From an uncultured Acidimicrobiales bacterium (GTDB taxonomy: Bacteria > Actinomycetota > Acidimicrobiia > Acidimicrobiales > SZUA-35): a stretch of 64,000 nt of DNA. This document shows, in pieces, positions 43,111 through 52,960 of this stretch. The stretch's first letter is position 1. Every line of letters begins with the position of its first letter. The notes under the pieces are model-generated. The model was not told where the DNA came from. It saw nothing but the letters and a program-made list of their open reading frames with translations, and did no database searches. The position numbers and the translations under genes are program-made. The stretch is from positions 1,018,133 through 1,082,132 of the forward strand of contig CAVQVO010000017.1 in the NCBI GenBank assembly GCA_963717115.1. Direction: 5' to 3'.

Positions 43111-44358
43111 ATGGCCACGACCGACGACCTCCCCGCCGGACCGCCTCCTCGGCCTCCGGTCGAGGACTGGACCAGCGACTACGACATCTTCGACAGCGAG
43201 TACATCGGCGATCCCTACCCCATCTGGGCCGATCTCCGAAACGAGTGCCCGATCGCCCACACCGATCGCTGGGGCGGCTCGTGGCTGCCGACGAGGTACG
43301 AAGACGTGGTCGCCCTGGCCCGTATGGTTCCCGAACTGTCGTCGGCCGACCCGATCGTGGTCCGCCCACCCGAGGCGTCCACCCAGATCCTGCCCGGTGG
43401 GGCCTATCACACGGTCAACGTGCCACCGATCAGCGCCGATCCGCCCGTGCACACCTGGTCGCGTCGCCTGATCCTGCCGGCGTTCTCGCCGAAGGCCACC
43501 GAGGGCCACGAACCGGAAACCCGTCGCCTCTGCAACGAACTGATCGACGGTTTCATCGATCGGGGCCGCGTCGACGGTGCGGTCGAGTACGCCCAGCAGA
43601 TCCCTCCTCGGGTCATCGCCAACCTCCTCGGCATCAACCCCGACGACGCCGACCAGTTCGTCGACTGGGTCCGGGGAACGCTCGAGCTCGGACTGTCGAA
43701 TCCGGCGATACGTGAGCAGTACCGGGGCAAGATCGCCGAGTTCTTCATGGCCGAGATCCGTGACCGGCAGGAGAACCCTCGCGACGACCTGATCTCGCAG
43801 TTGCTCGACGCCGAGGTCGATGGCCAGAAGGTCAGCGCCGAACACGTGCAGGGCACCTGCAACCTGATGTTGGTGGCCGGGATCGACACCACGTGGAGCT
43901 CGATCGGATCGGCCCTGTGGCATCTCGCTGCCCATCCCGAGGACCGGCGCCGTCTGGTGGCCGAGCCCGAACTGCTCCCCACCGCGGTCGAGGAGTTCCT
44001 GCGGGCCTACTCGCCGGTGACGATGGCCCGGGTCGTCAGCCAGGACGGTGTCGAGTACGACGGTTGTCCCTTCCCCTACGGTGACAAGATCCTCATGAAC
44101 TTCCCCGGGGCCAACCGCGACCCCGAGGTGTTCGAGAACCCGAACGAGGTCAAGATCGATCGGGAACGAAACCGGCACATCGCGTTCGGTGTCGGGATCC
44201 ATCGGTGCGCCGGATCGAACCTGGCCCGCATGGAGATGCTGGTCTCGCTCGAGGAGTTCCTGAAACGGATCCCCGAGTTCGAGTTGGCCGATCCGTCGGC
44301 GGTCACCTGGGCCGGCGGTCAGGTCCGGGGGCCGAGGATCCTGCCGATCCGTTTCTGA
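43111..44358 (+). CDS. Cytochrome P450
   Basis: I-helix (LMLVAGIDTT), ExxR (VEEFLR) and the heme loop (FGVGIHRCAGSNLAR). ATG at 43111. Confidence 0.93.
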   Translation: MATTDDLPAGPPPRPPVEDWTSDYDIFDSEYIGDPYPIWADLRNECPIAHTDRWGGSWLPTRYEDVVALARMVPELSSADPIVVRPPEASTQILPGGAYHTVNVPPISADPPVHTWSRRLILPAFSPKATEGHEPETRRLCNELIDGFIDRGRVDGAVEYAQQIPPRVIANLLGINPDDADQFVDWVRGTLELGLSNPAIREQYRGKIAEFFMAEIRDRQENPRDDLISQLLDAEVDGQKVSAEHVQGTCNLMLVAGIDTTWSSIGSALWHLAAHPEDRRRLVAEPELLPTAVEEFLRAYSPVTMARVVSQDGVEYDGCPFPYGDKILMNFPGANRDPEVFENPNEVKIDRERNRHIAFGVGIHRCAGSNLARMEMLVSLEEFLKRIPEFELADPSAVTWAGGQVRGPRILPIRF

Positions 44359-44382
44359 CCGGGCGGTGCGGGCCCGCACCGG

Positions 44383-45108
44383 TCAGTGCACCATGACCAC
44401 CCGGCCCATCGCGACGATGGCCGCCAACGCACACACGACCAGCACCGTCACCCGCAGCCGTTGATCGACCCACGGGATGAACTTCGGGGCGACGAGGATC
44501 CCCAGGGTCGTTGCCGGCATGAAGGCCAGGCCCGTCCGGAGATCGGTGGTCGACAGCTCGCCGCTGAGCGCCAGGATGGCTGCGCTCAGGGGTGCGCCGA
44601 GGAACATGAACACGCTGACCGTCGAGCGGAGCTTGGGGCCCTTCTCGTGCTGGTACATGAGTCCCAGCGGAGGGCCGCCGATGCCGACCGCCGTTCCGAA
44701 CAGCCCCGACACGGCGCCGGCACCAACGAGGGTCCCCCGGGATCGTTCGATGCGGGGCGCCCAGATGCTGAGCGCGACGGCGACCAGCACGACGAGGCCA
44801 CCGCCGATCGCCAGCGCCGACCGATCGACGCTGCGGACCAGGAGCACGGCGGCGAGCATGCCCGGTATTCGCCCTCCCATGAGCCAGCCGACCTCGGCGA
44901 AGTCGGTGCCCGCCCAGTTGCGGATCAGGTTGATGGTGACCAGCGGGATCGAGGCCAGCAGGACGGTGCCCGGTAGCAGGGCCGGTTCGAGCGAGACCAG
45001 GACCGGGAACGCGAGCACGACCATGCCGAACCCGATGCAGCCCTGGAGGATGGCGCCGACGAACACGGCGAGAAGAGCGGCGACCAGCGCGAGTCCGACG
45101 ATGTGCAC
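44383..45108 (-). CDS. TauE/SafE family sulfite/anion exporter
   Basis: Approximately 8-TM protein with Gly-rich helices (GIGGPPLGLMY). GTG start chosen at 45108. The upstream 250 codons of the track ORF are antisense to the crotonase gene. Confidence 0.8.
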   Translation of the reverse strand: MHIVGLALVAALLAVFVGAILQGCIGFGMVVLAFPVLVSLEPALLPGTVLLASIPLVTINLIRNWAGTDFAEVGWLMGGRIPGMLAAVLLVRSVDRSALAIGGGLVVLVAVALSIWAPRIERSRGTLVGAGAVSGLFGTAVGIGGPPLGLMYQHEKGPKLRSTVSVFMFLGAPLSAAILALSGELSTTDLRTGLAFMPATTLGILVAPKFIPWVDQRLRVTVLVVCALAAIVAMGRVVMVH

Positions 45109-45156
45109 CCCGTGACGGTAATGGTCTGCGAGCCGGAGACCGACTAGACCAGGGGC

Positions 45157-46020
45157 GTGACTCTCGAATTCGAACAGATCAAGCTCGATGTGGACGACCA
45201 CATCGCGACCCTGACCCTCAACCGACCGGAACGTCTCAACGCGTTCACCCGCGAGATGATGGCCGAGATCATCGCGGCCTTCGACCACATCGACAGCAAC
45301 GACGACATCCGGGTGGTCGTGGTGACCGGTGCCGGGAGGGGGTTCTGTGCCGGTGCCGAACTCGGCGACGCCGGGGGTGACACCTTCGACGCCGGTGCGC
45401 GAGGCCGCGACACCTCGAGGGTCGACCGCGACGGAGGCGGGCGCACGACCCTTCGAATCTTCGAGTCGACCAAGCCCGTCATCGCGGCGATCAACGGCCC
45501 TGCGGTCGGCGTTGGCATCACGATGACCCTGCCCATGGACATCCGCCTGGCCGCCGAGTCCGCCAAGATCGGGTTCGTGTTCGCCCGCCGGGGCATCGTT
45601 CCGGAGGCCTGTTCGTCCTGGTTCCTTCCCCGACTGGTCGGGATCAGCCAGGCGTTGGAGTGGTGCTACAGCGGCAAGGTCATGATGGCCGAGGAGTTCG
45701 GCCGGGGCGGCCTCGTCCAGGTGCTGCCCGACGACGAGCTCCTGCCCCGGGCCTACGAGATCGCCCGGGAGATCGCCACCCACTCGGCGCCGGTCTCGGT
45801 GTCGTTGACCCGCCAGATGATGTGGCGGGGGCTCACCTTCGATCATCCGATGGAGGCCCACCGGGTCGATTCCCGGGCCATCCAGGCCACCGGGGCCATG
45901 GCCGATGCGAAGGAGGGGGTCACGAGTTTCCTCGAGAAACGGGATCCCGCCTGGACCCTCAAACCGAGCGAGGACACCCCGGAGGTGTTCCCCGACTGGG
46001 TCGAGCGCCAGTTCTCCTGA
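45157..46020 (+). CDS. Enoyl-CoA hydratase/isomerase (crotonase) family
   Basis: LTLNRPERLNAF, VVVVTGAGRGFCAGAEL and PVIAAINGPAVGVG motifs. Confidence 0.9.
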   Translation: MTLEFEQIKLDVDDHIATLTLNRPERLNAFTREMMAEIIAAFDHIDSNDDIRVVVVTGAGRGFCAGAELGDAGGDTFDAGARGRDTSRVDRDGGGRTTLRIFESTKPVIAAINGPAVGVGITMTLPMDIRLAAESAKIGFVFARRGIVPEACSSWFLPRLVGISQALEWCYSGKVMMAEEFGRGGLVQVLPDDELLPRAYEIAREIATHSAPVSVSLTRQMMWRGLTFDHPMEAHRVDSRAIQATGAMADAKEGVTSFLEKRDPAWTLKPSEDTPEVFPDWVERQFS

Positions 46021-46247
46021 GCTCGTCGAGCTGCGGTTCGGCGACGCGCCCGTCGCCGGACTCGACCACCGTGCCGAGAGTCACCCGCCGATCGACGTGC
46101 GACGGACCAGTGGCGGCCGATACTTCATCGGTGCCACCCCGTTCCGTCCCCGCCACCGCCCCGCGCCTGCCCGCGCTCACGCGGGCCGGAGCGATCGCTG
46201 CTGCGCAGGCTCGGGAGTCCGCCGTCCACCCGAGCGCGGTCCGACCG

Positions 46248-46961
46248 TTGGCCCGCCGCTGGGTGGGTCAGGTGGTCGGTTCGGTGCTGGTCGCCCTGGG
46301 CGTCTCGGTCACCCTCGTCACCGACATCGGGGTCGGCGCGCTCGACGTGCTCAATCTCGGCCTGGCCGACACCTTCGGCATCCCCTTGTCGCTGGCGGTC
46401 TGGATCGTCGCCGGCACGATGATCGGTGTCGCCACGGTCCTCGGTGGTCGCCCCCGGCTCGGAACGTTCGTGACTCCGTTGGTGGTCGGCGCAGCGCTGC
46501 AGCCGCTGGTCGATCTGCACCGCCGCGTCCTTCCCGACCTGTCGCCGGCCACCGCCATCCCCGTCCATCTGGTGGGTATCGTCCTGATCGGGCTCGGAGC
46601 CGGCGCGATCGTCGTCGCCGGGTTCGGCGCCGGCACCGGTGAGTTGCTCACCGACGCCGTTGCCATCCGCCTTCGCCGACCGTCACCGCTGATGCGGGTG
46701 TCGATCGAGGTCTCGTGGGCCGGTGCCGGCCTGGCCCTCGGTGGGCCGGCCGGCGTGGGGACCGTGCTCGCCGCAGCGTTCATCGGCTTGGCCGTCGAGT
46801 TGGGGATCCGGGTCGCCCGGCCGCTGATGACCGCTCCGCCGTCGCCGGCGTCGCCCCCGACCGACCGGCCGTCGGTCAGCGATAGGCGGCCTGGCTCTCT
46901 TTCCAGGTTCCACCGTCGGCACGAGGCTCGCGAGGAAGACCGAGTACTCGTTCGCCGATGA
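46248..46961 (+). CDS. YczE/YitT-like membrane protein
   Basis: Hydrophobic protein with a pseudo-repeat (GVGALDVL..GLA...G and GAGTGELLTDAV). The start is uncertain (TTG 46248, GTG 46263 or GTG 46272). The tail overlaps the convergent acyl-CoA dehydrogenase gene by about 86 nt. Confidence 0.55.
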   Translation: MARRWVGQVVGSVLVALGVSVTLVTDIGVGALDVLNLGLADTFGIPLSLAVWIVAGTMIGVATVLGGRPRLGTFVTPLVVGAALQPLVDLHRRVLPDLSPATAIPVHLVGIVLIGLGAGAIVVAGFGAGTGELLTDAVAIRLRRPSPLMRVSIEVSWAGAGLALGGPAGVGTVLAAAFIGLAVELGIRVARPLMTAPPSPASPPTDRPSVSDRRPGSLSRFHRRHEAREEDRVLVRR

Positions 46962-48132
46962 TGTTGCGCTGCACCTCGGACGTGCCGGCGTAGATCGTTC
47001 CCGGCCGGGCGATCATGAAGCTCGACATCCAGTTGGCGGCGGTGTTGGCGGTGCCGATCGCCGGTGCCCCCAGCCCGCCCCGGGTGTCTTCGCGGAACCC
47101 GACCATGGCGTCGGCGCCGAACAGGTTCATCGCCGCTTCGGTGATCTCCTGGTGGTAGGAGCTCCAGAAGAGCTTGCCGATCGAGGACTCGGGCCCGGGT
47201 TGCTGGCCCTTGATGTAGCGGCTGAGGGCCTGCATCCCCCGGAAGCGCATGATCTCGACCTTGGTGTGGAACCGGGCGATGTCCTGGCGCACCAGGGCAT
47301 CGTCGGCCTTGCCCAGCTTCTTGGCGGCCTCGATGTAGGAGTCGAGCTCGGCCCGGAACGGGAGGTACTGGGTGGTGGCGGCGACCCCGCGCTCGTAGCC
47401 GAGGAGGGTGTTGGCGACCGACCAACCGTTGTTGACGCCGCCGAGGACGTTCTCCTTCGGGCAGGTGGCGTCGGTGAAGAAGACTTCGTTGAAGTGATCG
47501 TGGCCGGCGATGTTGGTGATCGGCCGGACCTCGACGCCCGGCTGGTCCATCGGCACCAGCAGGAACGAGATGCCCTTGTGCTTGGCCTCGTCGGGCGCGG
47601 TGCGGGCGAGCACGAAGATCCAGTTCGCCGTGTGTCCGGAGCTGGTCCAGATCTTCTGCCCGTTGATGACCCACTGGTCGCCGTCGAGGTCGGCCCGGCA
47701 CCCGAGGTTGGCCAGGTCCGAACCGGCATCGGGCTCGGAATAGCCCTGGCACCACACGTCCTCACCCGACATGATCCGCGGGATGAAGTACTCCTTTTGT
47801 TCGTCGGTGCCGACGGCCAGGATCGTGTTGCCGACCATCCCGATGCTGAAGCCGTCGTTGCCGCCCATGGTGGGCACACCGCGTTTGGCGAACTCCTCGT
47901 TGAGCACGACGTGCTCGAGGTGCGAGAGCCCTCCGCCGCCGTACTCGGCCGGCCAGTTGGCGGCCAGGAGGTTGTTCTCGTAGAGCGTCTGGCGCCACGA
48001 GTTCGTGAACGCGGATCGCTGTTCACCGTCGAGGGCGCCGATGCCCTTCCAGTCGTCGGGCAGGTTCTCGTCGAGGAAGGTACGGATCTTGGCCCGGAAC
48101 TCCTCGGTCTCCGTGGGGTACGTCATGTCCAT
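46876..48132 (-). CDS. Acyl-CoA dehydrogenase
   Basis: WCQGYSEPDAGSDLA...INGQKIWTS and a C-terminal helical domain (GTSEVQRNIIGERVLGLP). ATG at 48132. Confidence 0.92.
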   Translation of the reverse strand: MDMTYPTETEEFRAKIRTFLDENLPDDWKGIGALDGEQRSAFTNSWRQTLYENNLLAANWPAEYGGGGLSHLEHVVLNEEFAKRGVPTMGGNDGFSIGMVGNTILAVGTDEQKEYFIPRIMSGEDVWCQGYSEPDAGSDLANLGCRADLDGDQWVINGQKIWTSSGHTANWIFVLARTAPDEAKHKGISFLLVPMDQPGVEVRPITNIAGHDHFNEVFFTDATCPKENVLGGVNNGWSVANTLLGYERGVAATTQYLPFRAELDSYIEAAKKLGKADDALVRQDIARFHTKVEIMRFRGMQALSRYIKGQQPGPESSIGKLFWSSYHQEITEAAMNLFGADAMVGFREDTRGGLGAPAIGTANTAANWMSSFMIARPGTIYAGTSEVQRNIIGERVLGLPREPRADGGTWKESQAAYR

Positions 48133-48188
48133 GGCGGGCAACCTAGTGCGCTTGTCGGTGGAGGAACAGTTGGGCAACAGTGAGCGTC

Positions 48189-49310
48189 ATGACCGAGATC
48201 CGACCGTTCACCATCGACGTCCCCGACGCCGTCCTCGACGACCTGCGCGACCGGCTGCAGCGGACCCGATGGCCCGAAGCGGAGCTGGTCGACGACTGGT
48301 CCCAGGGCATTCCCCTCGCCTACGTGCGGGAGGTGTGCGAGTACTGGGCGAACACCTACGACTGGCGGTCCCGTGAGGCCGCCCTCAACCGATTCGACCA
48401 GTTCACCACCGAGATCGACGGCGTCGACATCCACTTCATCCACCAGCGTTCGGCTCGGCCCGACGCCACGCCGCTGATCCTCACCCACGGCTGGCCGGGA
48501 TCGGTCGTCGAGTTCCACAAGGTGATCGAGCCGTTGAACGAGGCCGGGTTCGACGTCGTTGCACCGTCGCTCCCCGGTTTCGGTTTCTCGGGGAAGCCGA
48601 CCCAGACCGGGTGGGGAGTCGAGAAGATCGCCGAGGTGTGGGGAACACTGATGGCTCGGCTGGGTCACGACCGGTACCTGGCCCAGGGCGGCGACTGGGG
48701 ATCGGCGGTCACGGCCAACATCGGCCGCTCCGACACCGACCACTGCCTCGGCGTGCACATGACCCTCAACATGGGCGCTCGTCCACCCGAGGGCGCCGAG
48801 TTCGGCCCGGCCGAGCTCCACGCCGTCGAGCGGGCGCAGTACTACCAGCAATGGGACTCGGGGTACTCCACCCAGCAGGCCACGCGTCCCCAGACCGTGG
48901 GGTACGGACTCACCGACTCACCGGCCGGTCAGGCGGCATGGATCCTCGAGAAGTTCTGGGCGTGGACCGACTGCGACGGTCATCCCGAGAACGCGATCAG
49001 TCGAGACGAACTCCTCGACAACGTGATGCTGTACTGGGCCACCGAGACCGCGACGTCGTCGGCCCGGATCTACTGGGAGAGCTTCCGGCGGTCGCGCTCG
49101 TCGGAACCCATTGCCATTCCCTCGGGCTTCACCGTCTACCCCAAGGAGATCGTGCCCCCCGTGCGGAGTTGGGCCGAAGCGGGTTTCACCAACATCGTGT
49201 ACTGGGCCGAGCAGCCCAAAGGTGGTCACTTCGCGGCCTTCGAACAGCCCGAGGCCTTCGTCGCCGACGTGCGAGCGTTCGCCGACGCCATCGCCGGCCT
49301 GCCCACATGA
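48189..49310 (+). CDS. Epoxide hydrolase (alpha/beta hydrolase with EH N-terminal domain)
   Basis: PFTIDVPDAVLDDL..RL..TRWP, HGWPGS and GGDWG nucleophile elbow motifs. Confidence 0.87.
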   Translation: MTEIRPFTIDVPDAVLDDLRDRLQRTRWPEAELVDDWSQGIPLAYVREVCEYWANTYDWRSREAALNRFDQFTTEIDGVDIHFIHQRSARPDATPLILTHGWPGSVVEFHKVIEPLNEAGFDVVAPSLPGFGFSGKPTQTGWGVEKIAEVWGTLMARLGHDRYLAQGGDWGSAVTANIGRSDTDHCLGVHMTLNMGARPPEGAEFGPAELHAVERAQYYQQWDSGYSTQQATRPQTVGYGLTDSPAGQAAWILEKFWAWTDCDGHPENAISRDELLDNVMLYWATETATSSARIYWESFRRSRSSEPIAIPSGFTVYPKEIVPPVRSWAEAGFTNIVYWAEQPKGGHFAAFEQPEAFVADVRAFADAIAGLPT

Positions 49311-50128
49311 GCACGCTCGCGACCGAGCACGATCCGATGGACGACTTCACCGTCGAACCGTTCTCGTCGGGTGGCGACACCAAGGACGTCTACCGAGCGG
49401 GGTCGGGACCGGTCGTGGTGGTGCTGACCGAGATGCCCGGGATCACTCCCGAGGTCGCGGCGTTCGCCCGCCGGCTCGTCGCCGACGGTTTCTCGGTGAC
49501 GCTCCCGGACCTCTTCGGCGAGGCCGGACGTCCGTTCTCGAACCGGTACGTCATCGGGTCGATGATCAAGGGCTGTGTGTCGAAGGAGTTCGTGGCCTTC
49601 GCCCGCAACACCACCTCGCCCATCACGTCCTGGCTCCGGGCGCTCGTTGCCGATGCCCACGAGCGGGCCGGTGGTGAGGCCGCCTCGAACGGAGTCGGCG
49701 TGATCGGGATGTGTTTCACGGGCGGTTTCGCGCTCGCCCTGACCGTCGACCCACTGGTTCGAGTTCCGGTCATGAGCCAGCCGTCCCTGCCCATCGGCCC
49801 CGGAGCCGCCAGCCGCCGAGATCTCGGGCTCGACCCGTCCGATCTGGCGATCGCCAGACGACGCGTCGCCGACGAGGACCTCTGCGTGATCGGTCTGCGC
49901 TTCACCGGCGACGGCCTCGTTCCTGCAGCCCGTTTCGAACGGCTCCGGGAGGAGTTCGGTGATCGCTTCGTCGCCGTCGAGATCCGCAGCGGCAAGGAGG
50001 CCCCCGACGGACACGGACCGCGGGCCCACTCGGTGCTCACCGCCGAGTACGACCCGACGCCGGGGAGCCCGACGAGGCTGGCCTACGAGTTGGTTGCCGA
50101 GCACCTCGGCCGGTTGCGTCCGGCCTGA
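49307..50128 (+). CDS. Dienelactone hydrolase family protein
   Basis: ATGA overlap with the upstream gene. GVIGMCFTGGFAL nucleophile region. Confidence 0.78.
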   Translation: MSTLATEHDPMDDFTVEPFSSGGDTKDVYRAGSGPVVVVLTEMPGITPEVAAFARRLVADGFSVTLPDLFGEAGRPFSNRYVIGSMIKGCVSKEFVAFARNTTSPITSWLRALVADAHERAGGEAASNGVGVIGMCFTGGFALALTVDPLVRVPVMSQPSLPIGPGAASRRDLGLDPSDLAIARRRVADEDLCVIGLRFTGDGLVPAARFERLREEFGDRFVAVEIRSGKEAPDGHGPRAHSVLTAEYDPTPGSPTRLAYELVAEHLGRLRPA

Positions 50129-50150
50129 GGGCCCGAGGCGCCCCCCAGAC

Positions 50151-50648
50151 TCAGAGGATTCGGGCCAGCAGGCTTCCGATTGCGAAGCTTGCCGTTGCGA
50201 CCGTGACGGTGACGGTCGCGCCGGTCAGGACGCCAACGACTCGCCGTGGGGCTCGGGGCTGCCGTGCCGGGACGTCGGAGGCGCCGATCTCGGTCTCGAC
50301 CACGGGAGCGATGGGTCCGGATGGCAGCGAGCGGGTGGGTCGCAGGGGTGGGGCAGGCGTCGACGGTGCGGGAGCCGTGAGACGTTCGAGGTCGTCGGGC
50401 CGGATCTCGTCGTCGGCGATCGCGGCGAGCAGTCGGCGTGCGGCCGCTTGGAGCGCCCGACCCTCGTTGGACAGGAGGGATTCGTCGACGGGTGGTTCGT
50501 GGTGGGACAGCACCGCGCACGCCGCTTCGGCCCGGTCTTCGGGCTGGATGACGGTGACGACGTGATCGGCGTCGTCGAGCAACGCCTGCACCGAGCGGTG
50601 AGCGATGTCGTTCCGGGTGAGGGCGACGGCGAGCGCCGAGTCGTTCAT
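50151..50648 (-). CDS. Hypothetical tail-anchored protein
   Basis: 165 aa from ATG 50648. Soluble helical N-terminus, a Pro-rich linker and a C-terminal TM helix (VVGVLTGATVTVTVATASFAIGSLL). It is the last gene of a four-gene minus-strand operon. Confidence 0.5.
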   Translation of the reverse strand: MNDSALAVALTRNDIAHRSVQALLDDADHVVTVIQPEDRAEAACAVLSHHEPPVDESLLSNEGRALQAAARRLLAAIADDEIRPDDLERLTAPAPSTPAPPLRPTRSLPSGPIAPVVETEIGASDVPARQPRAPRRVVGVLTGATVTVTVATASFAIGSLLARIL

Positions 50649-50683
50649 GGTGTCGAAGGTCAACCGCTGCACGGGAGAGGACG

Positions 50684-51472
50684 CTACCGATCGCCGGCGA
50701 CCGGATGGGGGATGCCTGCGGTTCGTTGGGCCGACCACCTCCCGTCGGCGAGTGGGAGCGCCAGGTGGGCCAGCATCGCCAGGCCGAACGCCACGAATCC
50801 GAGGTCCCAACCCAGGACGGCGACGATCGAGGCGTGGAAGACGAGCCCGACCGTGATCGACAGGAGGCGCAAGCTCCGGGCCCACAGGGCAGCTGCCAGG
50901 ACCAGTTCGGTGATCACGGTGAAGACGGCGATGACGGCCAGCGTGCGTATCGGGAGGTCCCGGACCATGCGCACGCCCAGCGGACTCTGCGCCGACATCA
51001 TCAGGACGTCCCCCGACCACCAGCCGGGGCGCAGTTTCGACAGTGCCGCGAACAGGTAGACACTCGAGGTCTGCGCCCGCACGGTGATGGCGAGGGCCGC
51101 CGGATCGGTCCGCGGGAAGCCGACCGAGAGCGCGGCCAGGGCGGCGATCAGGAACGTGTGGTTGCTGTAGCCCTGCTGGTCGACGACGAGATCGACGAGC
51201 GAGACGGCGACGAGCGCGGCCGCCGCCGACCGGACGCGCACGCCGAGGATCATCGCCGTGGCCGCCGCCAGGCCGAGCCCGATGATGGCAACGGCGAGGA
51301 TCGGCGGGATCACCGGTGTCGGGAAGGCGATTCCCGGTGGATGGACGGGAACCCGGAACCGATCGTGGTCGGTCCAGGCCCACACGAGATCGATCCGGTC
51401 GAGGCGATCGACCAGGGCGGCGAGCCCGAGGATCCCGACGAACCGTCGTTCGTCGGAGAACCGAGGCGTCAT
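50684..51472 (-). CDS. HTTM-like (vitamin K-dependent gamma-carboxylase-related) polytopic membrane protein
   Basis: About 7 TM helices and a central GYSNHTFL motif resembling the HTTM NHxYL signature. ATG at 51472. It is shorter than typical HTTM proteins. Confidence 0.55.
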   Translation of the reverse strand: MTPRFSDERRFVGILGLAALVDRLDRIDLVWAWTDHDRFRVPVHPPGIAFPTPVIPPILAVAIIGLGLAAATAMILGVRVRSAAAALVAVSLVDLVVDQQGYSNHTFLIAALAALSVGFPRTDPAALAITVRAQTSSVYLFAALSKLRPGWWSGDVLMMSAQSPLGVRMVRDLPIRTLAVIAVFTVITELVLAAALWARSLRLLSITVGLVFHASIVAVLGWDLGFVAFGLAMLAHLALPLADGRWSAQRTAGIPHPVAGDR

Positions 51473-51497
51473 GGGCCGCGCCGTTCGAGGTGAGGGA

Positions 51498-51824
51498 TCA
51501 TGGGCAGCGCCGTTCGGAGCGTTGCGGGCCGTGGGCCAGATGGACGACGTCGGCGCCGTCGATGGTCGAGCAGAGATGGTCGACGAGGGCATCGGCGAGG
51601 TCGAGCTCGACCCGGGGCCGAACGAGCAGCGCGTCGACGTCCACCGCCTCGGTCGTGCCATCGTGGCGTTCGACCTCGGCCCACCACCGATCGCCTCGGC
51701 CCGAGTACATCTGCCATCCGAACGGCTCGGGTCGGGAACCGTCGGCTCGGCCGACCAGCAGGGCGGCCGGAACGGCGAACTGCACGAGCACCACGAGGCC
51801 GATCGTGACGGTGCGCCGATTCAT
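51498..51824 (-). CDS. Small membrane-anchored protein, unknown function
   Basis: MNRRTVTIGLVVLVQFAVPAALLV...GWQMYS. The ATG overlaps the upstream stop (ATGA at 51821-51824). Confidence 0.55.
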   Translation of the reverse strand: MNRRTVTIGLVVLVQFAVPAALLVGRADGSRPEPFGWQMYSGRGDRWWAEVERHDGTTEAVDVDALLVRPRVELDLADALVDHLCSTIDGADVVHLAHGPQRSERRCP

Positions 51825-52960
51825 GTCGGTCGTCGGTAGACACCTTCGCCGGCCCAACGCCGGATCCGGACCAGGTCGTTGACGAGCAGCAGGGTGTCAC
51901 GGGCGATGCGGACCGTCGACTGTCCGCTGTTGCGGACCGAGACGGGCACCTCCTTGAGCGACCGGCGATCGAGCTCGGCGATGCAGAAGATCTCGACGTC
52001 GAACCCGAACCGGTCGATCCGGCAGCGGCGGAACATCGAGTGGCCGACATCGGAGCGGAAACCCTTGATGCCGCACTGCGTGTCGCGGAAGTGGCCCAGC
52101 AGGACGAGGTGGGTGAGGGCGTTGATGACCCGGCCCCCGAGCTGCCGGATCCGGCGCGCTCGGACCAGCGTCGTCGTCTCCTCGTGCTGGCGGCTCCCGA
52201 CGACGATGTCCCAGCCGGCTTCGAGCTCACCCATGATCTCGGCGACGGCCTCGGGCGGGTAGGCGAGGTCGGCATCGGTGAAGACCACGCTGCGGCCCGA
52301 TGCGGCCAGCACGCCGGCGCGGACGGCCGCGCCCTTGCCCCGGTTCGGATCGAGCCGGATGATGCGAGCACCGGCGGCCTCGGCTCGGTCGGCGGTGTCG
52401 TCGGCCGAGCCGTCGTCGACCACGATGATCTCGAGGTCGTCGCCGACGGTGTCGGCGAGGGTGGAGCGGAGCTCGGTGACCGAGTCGGCGATCCGTCGAC
52501 CCTCGTTGTAGGCGGGCACGACGACCGTCAGTCGAACGTCACCCGGTGCCGGTGGTTGGGCAACACAGTCGGACAGGGCCGTACGGACCTCGGTGAACAG
52601 CACCCACCGGTAGCTGACCCAGCGGGCCCCGGCCGCGAACGCCACCGCCACGAACTTGGCGGCCCACTGCGTGGCACCGGCCCAATCGAGGAACAGCAGG
52701 ACGAAGAGGTCGATCACGCCGGCGACGACGGCCATCATCAGGAAGGTCGTGGGATGGCGGACCCAGCGGGCATTCGGGTCGTTGCCGAAGGTGGCGAACC
52801 GGTTGACCAGGTACGAGAAGATGGCGGCCGAACCGAGCGCCACCAGGTCGGCCCCGACCAGCGACCAGCGATCGACGAGCAGGAGGAACAGCGCGACGTC
52901 GATGGTGGTGGTGAGGAGTCCGACGATGACGAACGTCCGAAGTCTTCGTCGCACTGCCAC
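51821..52960 (-). CDS. GtrA-like membrane domain fused to a family 2 glycosyltransferase (polyprenyl-phosphate sugar synthase type)
   Basis: Four N-terminal TM helices with a GtrA pattern (SYLVNRF.TF), then VVVPAYNE, IIVVDDGSADDT, FTDADL and the RDTQCGIKGF motif. Confidence 0.87.
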   Translation of the reverse strand: MAVRRRLRTFVIVGLLTTTIDVALFLLLVDRWSLVGADLVALGSAAIFSYLVNRFATFGNDPNARWVRHPTTFLMMAVVAGVIDLFVLLFLDWAGATQWAAKFVAVAFAAGARWVSYRWVLFTEVRTALSDCVAQPPAPGDVRLTVVVPAYNEGRRIADSVTELRSTLADTVGDDLEIIVVDDGSADDTADRAEAAGARIIRLDPNRGKGAAVRAGVLAASGRSVVFTDADLAYPPEAVAEIMGELEAGWDIVVGSRQHEETTTLVRARRIRQLGGRVINALTHLVLLGHFRDTQCGIKGFRSDVGHSMFRRCRIDRFGFDVEIFCIAELDRRSLKEVPVSVRNSGQSTVRIARDTLLLVNDLVRIRRWAGEGVYRRPT

